Positions 37,905 through 50,226 of a DNA stretch of 64,000 nucleotides are shown piece after piece. Under the pieces are notes generated by a model. The model ran no database searches and had not been told where the DNA came from. It saw nothing but the letters and a program-made list of their open reading frames with translations. The DNA lies in assembly GCF_006345805.1 (NCBI RefSeq), contig NC_043017.1, forward strand, positions 6,448,001 through 6,512,000. Reading direction: 5' to 3'. Made by a program: the position numbers and the translations under genes. Origin of the DNA: Octopus sinensis. Lineage: Eukaryota. How positions within the stretch are numbered: the stretch's first letter is position 1; each line of letters starts with the position of its first letter.

Positions 37905-38935
37905 TATGAATAAAAAATGGAGTTAACGCAGGTGTTAACAAGTATTTTTACTTTCTACATATGTTCGAAAATCCACTGATACTATTCAAAGATAAAAGGT
38001 ATAAACAATGCAATCTTCTCTTCGGGAAAGTGAAAAAACGAAACTCGTCAATACGACATTTTAGCAAAAAATGATGGATTCGTATAGCGATAGACAGAAC
38101 GCTATTAAATATTAATACATTTACTAATACTAACATTAATTTAGCTAATACCATCCAACCCTCTAGAATATTAATAACAAGGTTATTGTATCTGAAGTCA
38201 ATTCCAATAGAATTAAATTTATGTCAAGTAACTCTAAGATTAGAAATTCTATATACCAGTGTGTAATCAGTACTCGTAATAAAGTACGATTTTACATTGG
38301 AAGCACATCGTTAGAGTTATCTAAAAGAATTTCTATCCATTACTCAACATTTAGGGATAGAAATAAACGGAATAGTACCGGTCTCAGCAAACTGATTTGG
38401 GATTTAAAAGACCACAATGAACAATTTCATTTAGAATGGTTGATCCTCTCAATTTCGATACCTTATGACAAAGGCAAGAAATTCTGTCTTCTCTGCAATT
38501 CTGAGTTATTTTTCATTATTTTTCTAAAAATACTCTAGTAAACACGGTTATAGAACGAGCATACAGATGTAAGCATTGGCAGAAACATACTTTTAGTGCA
38601 TATAAGTAGTCTCTATCATTATATATAGTTTAAACTTTAATTCCTTTATATTTAACATTCACTATTAATATCCCTACTCTTTCTGTTAGCTACTTATGAC
38701 GTTATATCATATAACGTTTTTTAAACAATATTAATAGCGTTCTGTCTATCACTATACGAATACATCATTTTTTGTTAAAATGTCGTATTGACGAGTTTCG
38801 TTTTTTCACTTTCCCGAAGAGAAGATTGCATTGTTTATACCTTTTATTCTTTTGAATAGTATCAGTGGAATTTTCGAAACATATGTAGAAAGTAAAACTA
38901 CTTGTTTAAACCTGCGTTAACTCCATTTTTTATTC
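37905..38935 (+). mobile_element. 5'-truncated Penelope element: GIY-YIG fragment with inverted terminal arm
   Basis: 38221-38610: SIYQC...FYIGSTS..SKRISIHYSTF...STGLSKLIW...CLLCNSE; 37905-38110 is inverted relative to ~38730-38935. Confidence 0.85.
38808..38893 (+). ncRNA. Type I HHR, core variant CCGAAGA
   Basis: ACUUUC CCGAAGA GAAGAUU...AAUUUUC GAAA C AUAU G UA GAAAGU; 6-bp stem I; the inverted copy at 37950-38031 lacks one A of GAAA. Confidence 0.75.
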
Positions 38936-39041
38936 ATGGCCGCGTGCATACGTGCATATGTATTATGTAGGGACGTTCGTATATGTAAGTATATCGTTTG
39001 TTCTGCATATATATATATCTGTATTTATGTACTCTTGATAT

Positions 39042-39099
39042 ATTCAACCGATGACGGTAAAGCTTATTTAAGCAAAACCAGAAATCCTGGATCTTGAAT
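39042..39099 (+). ncRNA. Type I HHR, core variant CCGAUGA
   Basis: AUUCAA CCGAUGA CGGU...ACCA GAAA UCCUGGA UC UUGAAU; 6-bp stem I. Confidence 0.7.
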
Positions 39100-39243
39100 T
39101 ATTCAATAATTTTGCTTGTATACTTTGTCCCTCTGTCTTATCTCATGGTGCGATACGAACACTTAACGTGGTTTTCATAGTCAGAGTTTCGACTGCTATT
39201 TCGGCAGTTGGTGTCTCTTAGACACCCTCATTTTTAATTATTA

Positions 39244-39294
<51 letters not shown>

Positions 39295-39679
39295 TAATAA
39301 GGTAGTCACTTCAAAAACTCTCTATAGAATATATAAACATATATATATACATACATACATGCATATATATATACATACATATGCACATACATATATATAT
39401 ATATATACATGCATAATTAAAATCACAATAAGGGTGAAAAAAATTGAATATTAATTAACAACATCAATTTAAAACACTAAGTGGCCTAGCGTAAAAAACT
39501 GTGATTCAGTAAAAATTATTAATACAAGTAATAAGAGAGGGACCACATGTGGTCACTCTAACGCTAGAAATAGATCCGCAAAGGGAATCCAGCACTAAAA
39601 AATTGTTCTCAAGCATTAATTCAACACGCCAAGAATGTAAGCGGGCAGGACAAATGAAAAATAACGAAAAAATGGATTA

Positions 39680-39753
39680 ACTCTATACAATTGTTTCATC
39701 GTTAATAGATTGTGTATTTTACTTACAAATCATTTTCGAATCATCGGTAGAGT
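39680..39753 (-). ncRNA. Type I HHR, core variant CCGAUGA
   Basis: ACUCUA CCGAUGA UUCG...CGAU GAAA C AAUU G UA UAGAGU; 6-bp stem I; inverted copy at 41530-41604 (+). Confidence 0.75.
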
Positions 39754-40205
39754 ATATCAAAAATATAATTTGCTGAACCGAACGCCAAAATCCATACGAA
39801 GCCGAGCAAGGGCGATCGGCACAGCCGATTATACTTGCAGTTACGTTCAAATATCCACATTCTTGGCGCGTTGAAAATACCGGATGTAATGTAAATACTA
39901 CCCCAGTAATTTACTGCCGGTTTGAGAACATATTAATTTATAATTAAAATCATAATAAGGGTGGAAAAAATTGAATATTAATTAATAACATCAATTTAAA
40001 ACACCAAGCGGCCTAGCGTTAAAAAACTGTGATACAGTAAAAATTATTAATACAAGTAATAAGAGAGGGACCACATGTGGTCACTCTAACGCTAGAAATA
40101 GATCCGCAAAGGGAATCCACCACTAAAGAATTGTTCTCAAGCATTAATTCAACACGCCAAGAATGTAAGCGGGCAGGACAAATGAAAAGTAACGAAAAAA
40201 TGGAT

Positions 40206-40942
40206 GTTGTTAAATTGGCAATGAAATGTAGACGACTGGCCGGATGGATCCTCAGAACCTTTAGAACAAGAGAACAAGAAACCATGATGGTCCTCTGGAG
40301 GACACTTGTCCTAAGCCACTTTGACTACTGCTCTCAGTTATGGTCACCATCCAGTGTCAAGTTGATCACAGAGCTCGAGGCGATCCAACGTAGCTACACG
40401 AAGAAGATAGCCTCTATGCAGAATGTAAGCTACTGGGAGAGACTCAAGAGATTAAAACTATATTCCCTGGAGCGTAGGCGGGAAAGATATGCCATAATAT
40501 ACATCTGGAAGATCCTGGAGGGACGTGTCCTAAACTTTGGCATCGAGAGTTACGCAAATGCCAGAACTGGGCGCCACTGCGTGGTGCCTAGGACTCCAAA
40601 CTTGCCATCAAGATGTAGGACAAGATTCTGTGATAGCCTGGGCTTCCGAGGCCCACAGCTCTTCAATATCCTCCCGAAGAACCTGAGAGACCTGCATGGG
40701 GTGGATGCAGATGTCTTTAAAATGAAACTGGATCTCTTCCTGTCAGGTGTCCCAGATGAACCAACTTCACGTCAGGAGGTGCAGATGAGGGCAGCTGCAT
40801 CGAACTCTCTCATGCACCAAATGGCAGTTGCTAAAAAGCTTTCGTGAAGTAAAACCAAGTAGCAACACCAAATGGCGGTGCCCCAGCATGGCCACAGCTC
40901 ATAAGCTGAAACTAGAATCAATCAATCAATCAATCAATCAAT
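40206..40942 (+). mobile_element. 5'-truncated CR1-group LINE with (CAAT)n tail
   Basis: GWILRTFRTR..LWRTLVLSHFDYCSQLWSP..YWERLKRLKLYSLERRRER; frame open to TGA at 40847; short 3' UTR plus tetranucleotide tail. Confidence 0.9.
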
Positions 40943-42081
40943 TGTTTCATCGTTAATATATTGTGTAATTTTACTTACAAATCATTTTCGAATCATCGGT
41001 AGAGTATATCAAAAATATAATTTGCTGAACCGAACGCCAAAATCCATACGAAGCCGAGCAAAGGCGATCGGCACAGCCGATTATACTTGCAGTTACGTTC
41101 AAATATCCTCATTCTTGGCGCGTTGAAAATACCGGATGTAAATACTACCCCAGTAATTTACTGCCGGTTTGAGAACATATTAATTTATAATTAAAATCAT
41201 AAGGGTGGAAAAAATTGAATATTAATTAATAACATCAATTTAAAACACCAAGTGGCCTAGCGTAAAAAAACTGTGATACAGTAAAAATTATTAATACAAC
41301 TAATAAGAGAGGGACCACATGTGGTCACTCTAACGCTAGAAATTGATCCGCAAAGGGAATCCACCACTAAAGAATTGTTCTCAAGCATTAATTCAACACG
41401 CCAAGAATTCAACGCGCCAAAAATGAGGATATTTGAACGTAACTGCAAGTATAATCGGCTGTGCCATTCGCCTTTGCTCGGCTTCGTATGGATTTTGGCG
41501 TTCGGTTCAGCAAATTATATTTTTGCTATACTCTACCGATGATTCGAAAATGATTTGTAAGTAAAATTACACAATCTATTAACGATGAAACAATTGTATA
41601 GAATTAATCCATTTTTTCGTTATTTTTCATTTGTCCTGCCCGCTTACATTCTTGGCGTGTTGAATTAATGCTTGAGAACAATTCTTTAGTGGTGGATTCC
41701 CTTTGCGGATCTATTTCTAGCGTTAGAGTGACCACATGTGGTCCCTCTTTTATTACTTGTATATATACATGCATATATGCATAAACACATACGTGCATAC
41801 ATACGTGTACATACATATATACATTTATGCATAATTACATACTTACATACAAGCATACATACATATGTGTGTGTGTCTATGTATGTATGTATGGTCACTC
41901 TTAGAAAGCCTTTGATGATGTCTCCTCAATTGTGGCTGTGGTAGGGGTAAACAACTACTGTATGAAAATACAATTTCTTAATATGAATAGATGGTTACGG
42001 AAGGAATTTTTTTAGCCTTATATCTACTGGACCAGGCGGCTTACCTGAGGATAAAACAAGAAAAGAACAAGATTCGCTTAC

Positions 42082-42291
42082 TCTGAAATTATCATTCATG
42101 AAGCCATAGATGATAGGGTTCACAAAAGAGTGGGCCATGGCTAACCAGTGTAGGGAAATATATATAGATATTAATTTGGAACCGGGCTTCAAAGCTAGTT
42201 CATAATGGTACTCGAGGAACAAGATTAATATACTTAAAGGCATCCAACATACACCGAACATGACTACAATGGTCAGTAGCATTTTTACAAC
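42082..42291 (-). CDS. GPCR-B coding exon 2 (TM6-TM7)
   Basis: ttttcag|VVKMLLTIVVMFGVCWMP...HWLAMAHSFVNPIIYGFMNDNFR|gtaag, 210 bp. Confidence 0.92.
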
Positions 42292-42517
42292 CTGAAAATA
42301 GAAGAAATGTATATATAAATACACATTAAGCTCAGGACACCACTAGCGAAAAATACGTAAACATATAACGAGAGAAAAGTACAGGACAAAACATGAAAAG
42401 AAGTCTAACTCCTCCTCAGTTGTCGACTATTTATTACCCCTATTTCGAGCTTTACACTTATTGTATATTTTTTATTTATTTATAATCGAACACTACACAG
42501 CCTTATCCACAGTAAGT

Positions 42518-42553
<36 letters not shown>

Positions 42554-43039
42554 AAGTAAATAAGTGGAGTTGAACGCAGATGTTATTTAAATTCTTTTAC
42601 TTCCGACATATGTTTCGAAGACAACATTGGTTTTATTCCAAAGGAATAAACGGTGTAAAATGCAATCTTCTCATCAAGAATGAAAGAGAACCTATCTCAA
42701 CAACAAGACATTATAATAATTTTGATGACTGCATAAATGATAAACAGAACGCTATTAAGTATTTTTTTAAAAACCGTTAGTAGATTCGACGTCAAATGTA
42801 AGCACTGGCAGAAAATACCTTTAGCTCATATAAGTGATTTTATTCATTCAGCCCAGTAGCTACTGGTGATATGGATAGATGTATTATTCACTGTTCCTTA
42901 TATATCGATATTGGAGGGAACAAATCTCGTTTAAGCATTGGGCTTGCTGCGAGTTAACATCGCTGACAAGGCCTAAAAAGGCTGAAATGTATCTGACGCG
43001 CCAGCTAGCCGCTGTCAGGAAAGAATTTCTAGTATATAC

Positions 43040-43420
43040 TCTTTTACTTGTTTCAGTCATTTGGCTGCGGCCATGCTGGAGCACCGCCTTTAGTCGAGCA
43101 AATCGATCCCGAGACTTATTCTTTGTAAGCCCAGTAATTATTCTATCGGTCTCTCTTTTTGCCGAACCGCTAAGTGACGGGGACGTAAACACACCAGCAT
43201 CGGTTGTCAAGCAATGCTAGGGGGACAAACACAAACACACATACATATATATATACATATATACGACAGGCTTCTTTCAGTTTCCATCTACCAAATCCAC
43301 TCACAAGGCATTGGTCGGCCCGGGGCTATAGCAGAAGACACTTGCCCAAGATGCCACGCAGTGGGACTGAACCCGGAACCATGTGGTTGGTTAGCAAGCT
43401 ACTTACCACACAGCCACTCC
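43040..43420 (-). mobile_element. SINE family B
   Basis: Full-length match to the family consensus. Confidence 0.85.
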
Positions 43421-43589
43421 TTCGCCGTTTACACTTTTAAACACAATACGTTTATAGATGGTGTTATCTCGAACAATCAGTCACATTTAAGTATGATGCA
43501 ATCAAATCGGTCGGGTGACTTGCCTGGATCACTTTTAACTCATCCACGCCAAGCGACCCGAATCGAGCGACGAGACATGGATGTCTGAT

Positions 43590-43893
43590 GTTGTTTGTTC
43601 CTTCTCGAACCACGCCTGACTCATAAGGGCCGGTTTCCCGGTTTCCTTGGCGTATAGGTTTCCCACCTGGACGGGACGCCAGTCCCGTCGCAGGTGAGCT
43701 GCAAGATGCAGGAGGAAAGAGTGAGAGAAAGTTGTGGCGAAAGAGACAGCAGAAGTTTGCCATTACCTTCTGCTGGAGCCGCATGGAGCTTAGGTGTTTC
43801 GCTCATAAACACACACATCGCCCGGTCTGAGATTCGAACCCACGATCCCTCGACCGCGAGTCCGCTGCTCTAACTACTAGGTCATGTGCTTCC
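43590..43893 (-). mobile_element. SINE family A variant
   Basis: Matches 4010-4323. Confidence 0.8.
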
Positions 43894-44337
43894 ACCATGG
43901 ATGTCTGGTTTGGGTTTTAGTCACATTGATGTTTCTCTTACTAAAATGTCTCATCTTCGAACGCTATCTTGATGATAACAGTAGTTCTCTAACTGGACTA
44001 GATGATCCGTGTCATTGTCAGTTTAATGTCTGTTCACCCAGTCAATATCTAACCATTAATTAACCATTGACTCAATAAGTTCATCTGACAAAATTGTTCC
44101 CGTTCACCATGCTGCATCCCATTATTTCAGCATTCCCTGTCTTGGGTGGATACATGCGATTCAAACCATAAATGGGACCCTGAAGAGTGATATTACACCG
44201 GGACACAGTAGACCTCGGAACAATGGTGTCTCAAAAATTCTACCACACTCTCCAAGACCCGGAAATTCTCGAACCAGGTTCCCACTCAAGATTGCGCATA
44301 TTCGTGATAGGTACAGTCGATGAAGTGATTGTAAGAA

Positions 44338-44525
44338 GGCGGTGAGCTGGCAGTCGGGCGAAATGCTTAGCGGTATTTCGTCTGCCGCTACGTTGTGAGT
44401 TCAAATTCCGCTTAGTTTGACTTTGTCTTTCATCATTTCGGGGTCTATAAATTAAGTACCAGTTAAGTACTGGGGTTGATTATCCCCTCCCCACAAATTC
44501 GAGGCCTTGTGCCTATAGAAGAAAG
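44338..44525 (+). mobile_element. SINE family C, diverged
   Basis: GGCGGTGAGCTGGCAG head; GAGTTCAAATTCC. Confidence 0.7.
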
Positions 44526-44693
44526 GAAGGTGATTCTAAGAAAATATTTATATTAATCCCAATAACAAAATGAATATAGTAAATTAACCGATTGCCATAA
44601 AACATGTACAATTTTCAGAGCGACAGCCGTAAAACAGACAAAATAATATTAACAAACATAAGATATATAACATTGAAGTAATGGTATTCTCAC

Positions 44694-45460
44694 CTTTCTT
44701 TTGGCTCTTAAGGCCAGCTGATCTCTGCTCGTGTCTGCATTTCCTGGTGCTCTCCTCTTCCACAAGACATTAGCAAGTATTGAGTAAGTCACCGTTAAAA
44801 CAATAAAAGGAATGAAACAAACAAAAACGATGTTCATCCACCAGTAAATCGAACCATGTGACGCTTTTTCCCAGATCTCGCCGCATACCAGAACGATGTC
44901 TCCTTCGAAGTAAGCTTCCGCAACTCTGGCCACAAATAACTCTGCGGAAGCTATTGCCACCGAGAACAACCAGATGAGGGCGATCATGCAGCTGGATCGA
45001 GACGACGTTATGCGAATTTTAAGTGGGAACAAAACAGCGATAAGTCGATCGACACCAATCGCCATATTCGTGAAGGAACTCATGGTTACAGAAAATACCT
45101 GAAGGAACAAAACCAGGGTGCACATGGCCGGGGATAAAAACCATATGTGAAAAAGCACCACCATTAAGGTGAATGGAATACAGAATAATGCCATGATAAG
45201 ATCAGAAACGGCCAAATTGAGAAGAAAAGGTTTGATGTCCGTTTTACATTTCTTGCCTTTGGCGAAGACTATTATTGATAATATATTACCAGTACTGAAG
45301 TGAATGTTGTCAAACTGTAAAGAACCATCAGAAAAGTTTGGGCTTCTGGAGTCAGTTGAGATATAACAGTGTTATGCCATTCATTTAGGCTTACCAAATT
45401 ACGTGTGGCGGTTGAGTTAGAGTCAAGTCCTCCAAAATCGCTTAACTCGCTGTCGTTCAT
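44694..45460 (-). CDS. GPCR-B coding exon 1 (N-terminus, TM1-TM5), with a 1-nt deletion at ~45292/45293
   Basis: gccaagATG start; sequons NDS and NST; GNIL follows a frameshift; NLAVSDL, AIGVDRL, PGNADTSRDQL; donor AAG|gtgaga. Confidence 0.9.
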
Positions 45461-46196
45461 CTTGGCGGTGGGAAAAGTAGGAGAATTATCACTGTCTCTT
45501 TTTTCTTTTTTTTTTTTCGTAAGCTTTAGAATTTTATTTTTGAGAGAGAAAGGGTGAGAAATAATCAGACAGTGTTGCAGAGATGTGTGAATGAAAGGGA
45601 AAGAATGATGGGGTATGAGTGAGACAAAGGTAGTGTTAGTTGGAGAGGAGAGAAAGAGTGCAGACAGTGTGAGAGAAAGACACTTAGTTTATGAGAGGGA
45701 AAGAGAATGATGAATTGTGAGATAGAGATACAAAGACAGAGAGAGAGGGAGAGGAAGAGAGGAATATAGAAATAGAGACACAGACAAGATATGTGAAAAA
45801 GAGAGAGAAGAAGAGGAAAATAGAGGCACAGACTGGGAATGTGAAAGAGAGAGAGAGAAAGAAAGAGAGAGAAAGAGAGAGAGAGAGAGTGGAAGTGATG
45901 CAGAAAGTGGTTTAAAGAGAAACGAAGAAAGACAACGAGGAAATTTGTAGGAAATGAAAGGCAAAAAAGAACAAACTGCTTAACGTCTTTTTCTTCTTCT
46001 CTAATAGCGGATTGTGAGTTTTATGTGAAAATATCCGCCTTAGCTTTGGTGTCGTCAGATACTGGAAAGAGAAACAGAAAGAGAGAGAGAGAGAGTAAAG
46101 TAAAGGAAAATGAATTATAACAAAACTTGATATTAAAGAAACAAATAAAGCTCATTCCCCGAGTCATATTGAACTATCGGCCCTGTTTTCTGGTTT

Positions 46197-46387
46197 CTGA
46201 GACAATAACAAAGGAGATGTACTGCAAACAGCTTGAGCAGCTGAAGTCAATGCTTGAAGAAAAACGACCATCTTTGCTTTCAAGACGAAAGGTGTTCTTC
46301 CAACAGGATAATGCTCGGCCACATAAAGCGAGGATGACATTCGAAAGGCTGGAGTAATTTAAATGGGAAACGCCATACTTGCCGGAC

Positions 46388-46390
<3 letters not shown>
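46197..46390 (+). mobile_element. Mariner transposase catalytic-domain fragment
   Basis: ETITKEMYCKQL..KRPSL..VFFQQDNARPH, then a degenerate PY.PD motif. Confidence 0.85.
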
Positions 46391-46464
<74 letters not shown>

Positions 46465-46467
46465 AAT

Positions 46468-46519
<52 letters not shown>

Positions 46520-46594
46520 ATCTATCTATATATCTATCTATCTATCTATCTATCTACTATCTATCTATCTATCTATCTATCTATCAATCTATCC

Positions 46595-46641
<47 letters not shown>

Positions 46642-46686
46642 AATCTATCTATCCATATCTATCTATCTATCTATCTATCTATCATC

Positions 46687-46774
<88 letters not shown>

Positions 46775-46775
46775 G
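46388..46775. repeat. (ATCT)n microsatellite
   Basis: Direct reading. Confidence 0.95.
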
Positions 46776-47905
46776 TTCTGTCTGTCTGGTCATAGTCTAA
46801 TCTCTGGGCATAACTGGTTGATTTCTTTTTCGCTTTAGGAGAGAGCAGGCAGATGTTTTAAAACTTACATCGAAATTATTCGGGTTTTTCTGTTTTTCTT
46901 CATGTTAAGAATATCGTTTTGTTTTTTGTTTCTGTAACATTTTTGAGTGTATTTGTTGTATAAACATTATGTGTAGCTATTATAAACATTAAAACGTACA
47001 CGTAATTAACATTCAGTTAACTATGCTGCTTTATTCGTCTTTATTAGACATTGTGCTGACCTCATTTAACGCGCATATTCCGCTGAGATATCGTACCTAA
47101 AGAAAATACACCTTATCTAACAATAATCTTTGTGTTGATTTTCTTTAAAACATCTTTTTCTTGCGGAATTTTATTTCCAGCTTTTGAGATGTTATTTGCT
47201 TTCGGCTATTTCGTGTAGTGACCATGCCGATGCAAGTATACAAGTTCCACTCATCAACTTTCAAAAGCTTCTGCCTAAGAAGAACTGATTTCTCTCAGTA
47301 AATTCGTAAACAGCGGGTGACTGTGACAAATAAAAAATGGTTAGAGTGAATGAACCTGCTCTATGTATGCGCCTGTAGATTGGGTAACAACAAAAGGCGA
47401 GGACTCGTGTTTCTGGGGGTCAGGTTAATCCTGGATTTGTGGGGTTCATTGACTGGTCCTAGCTGGAGTTTCTCTTGTATCAGGACGATTGCAACATTCA
47501 TGTGTATACATACTCTGTATAACACATATATTTTTATCTCATGTCACCATTTTCCCCACCTTCTTCTCTCTCATCTTTCCATCATTTTCCTCACAAAATA
47601 CCTAAACTGTCCCTGTAATGTCACCTCATCTGTGCCCCTATGACAAGTAAAAAAAACATTACCACCAGCATCATCATCATCATCGTCATCATCATCGACA
47701 CTATTTAGATTTGACATTGTGAGAAAAAAAAAACGCCTCTGTGTGTGTGTGTTTGTGCGTGTGTGTGTGTGTGTGTGTTTATGTGTGTGTGTGTGTTTGT
47801 GTGCGTGTATGTGTGTGTTTGTGTGCTTGTGTGTGAGTGTGTGTGTGTGTGTTTTTGTGTGTGTTTGTGTGTGTTTGTGTGTGTTTGTGTGTGTGTCTGT
47901 GTGTT

Positions 47906-47948
<43 letters not shown>

Positions 47949-48346
47949 GTGTGTGTGCGTTTGTGTATGTGTCTGTATGTGTGTGCGTTTGTGTGTGATA
48001 TGCGTGTATGTTTATGTGTCTGCGAGTGCGCGCGCAGGAAATTGAGGATTGTTGAATATGTGAAAAGACAAGACAGTCTGTCTTATCGTATGGGAGAATT
48101 TCTTCGAGAAAACAAGCGAATGGCTTCCGTTAGTAAATAAATCTCTTCTGGGCATAACCAGTCCTGCATGAAGCTAATCTCTGGATTATGAAGAAGCATC
48201 CTTTGTGCTATAAAAGAAAACAATAAACACATCTGTATACGCCAAAACAGTTTAGTCTTCTTTGTAAAGATAATGAGTAATTTTAGCCCAATATCGAGGA
48301 ACATACGTGTGTATATTTATATACAAACACGTAGCATATGTATGAA

Positions 48347-48426
<80 letters not shown>

Positions 48427-48573
48427 ATATATTGGCCTGCTCGCTTAGCCAGCGAGGTGGCGTCATTTGAAGGCTAAAACAACGCGGAGCGCATTGTGAC
48501 CAGCGATGTATAGCAACATATGATAGCCTGGTCGGTCACGTGATCACGTGATATATGTACATATATATCTATA

Positions 48574-48609
<36 letters not shown>

Positions 48610-49133
48610 CTCCATATCTCCTTACACATGTGCATATACTCAAACGTCCCACCATCACCACCACCACCACCACCATCCCCACCACCACCAACACTATCAT
48701 CACCACTACTACCATCACCACTACAACAACCACCACCACCACCACCACCACCATCACCACCACCATCACCACCACCATCACCACCACAGATACACACACA
48801 AACACACACATACAAACACACAGACACACATGTACGCATTATGTATAACCTGTAAACTAATTAGAGTCGAGGTTCATTCTCCACCAGATTTAAATTCTAC
48901 GAAACACACACACACATATACATACACATATCATACACACGCACATCATTCACACATAAATGCATAGTCATATACACATCATACATACATATGTTTTATT
49001 TATGTATTAAATATAATCTGTAAGCGGAAATGTAAAAATATGCAAGACTTTTCTTAAGTAAGAATTTCATTCTGTTTTTTCTTTTTAAATTTTTATCTCG
49101 TACACTCCGACGATCTAGGTTTGTATCAGAAAC

Positions 49134-49515
49134 TGGAAGCACTCCGTCGGTCATGACGACGAGGGTTCCGGTTGATCCGATCAACGGAACAGCCTGCTCA
49201 TGAAATTAACGTGTAAGTGGCTGAGCACTCCACAGACACGTGTACCCTTAACGCAGTTCTCGGGGATATTCAGCGTGACACAGAGAGTGACAAGGCCGGT
49301 CCTTTGAAATACAGGTACAACAGAAACAGGAAGTAAGAGTGAGAGAAAGTTGTGGTGAAAGAGTACAGCAGGGATCACCACCATCCCCTGCCGGAGCCTC
49401 GTGGAGCTTTAGGTGTTTTCGCTCAATAAACACTCACAACGCCCGGTCTGGGAATCGAAACAGCGATCCTACGACCGCGAGCCCGCTGCCCTAACCACTG
49501 GGCCATTGCGCCTCC
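49134..49515 (-). mobile_element. SINE family A
   Basis: Near-identical to 1451-1823. Confidence 0.85.
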
Positions 49516-49676
49516 AGAAACTAACTCCTTCTTCGGAGGAAAAATTCTAGTAATTGAAATTAGAAAAGAACATACACACCTGTATACATACGTACATACA
49601 TACACACACACACACACACACAGACACACACGTACATACATACATACATAGATACATACATACATACATACATACA

Positions 49677-49707
<31 letters not shown>

Positions 49708-49959
49708 GTGTTACTTTGAAACATTGCAAAACGAACTCTTTGGTAGTCGAATAATCAATTTTTATATTCAGCTTTTAGAAATAAACATATTATACGCTGC
49801 CTAGTTATTAATTGGGCTGAGTTAATATTTTTGAGGTTAGTGGTGATATTTAAAACTATTAAAAAATTTTTTTTTTAAACTATATTTTCAGATAAAACAC
49901 AATATAGATATTATATTATATCTATCATATTATATTATATTATATTATATTATTATTAT

Positions 49960-50011
<52 letters not shown>

Positions 50012-50019
50012 GTATTTAT

Positions 50020-50061
<42 letters not shown>

Positions 50062-50180
50062 TATATATAAATGTATTTATACATATATATATATATAATA
50101 TATCTATATATATACATATATATATATATAATATGTATATGTATATATATCTATATATATATATATATATATATTTTATG

Positions 50181-50226
<46 letters not shown>

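Larger units (their letters stand above)
39414..41760. mobile_element. ORF-less tandem-plus-inverted array of a ~527-nt HHR-bearing unit (retrozyme-like), interrupted by a LINE
   Basis: Units start at 39414, 39941 and 41188; inverted arm ~41408-41760. Confidence 0.85.

Noticed and set aside
40077-40847. 256-aa ORF as a novel fusion gene
   Set aside because: Starts at GTG in the non-coding tandem unit and runs by chance in frame into a truncated CR1 ORF2
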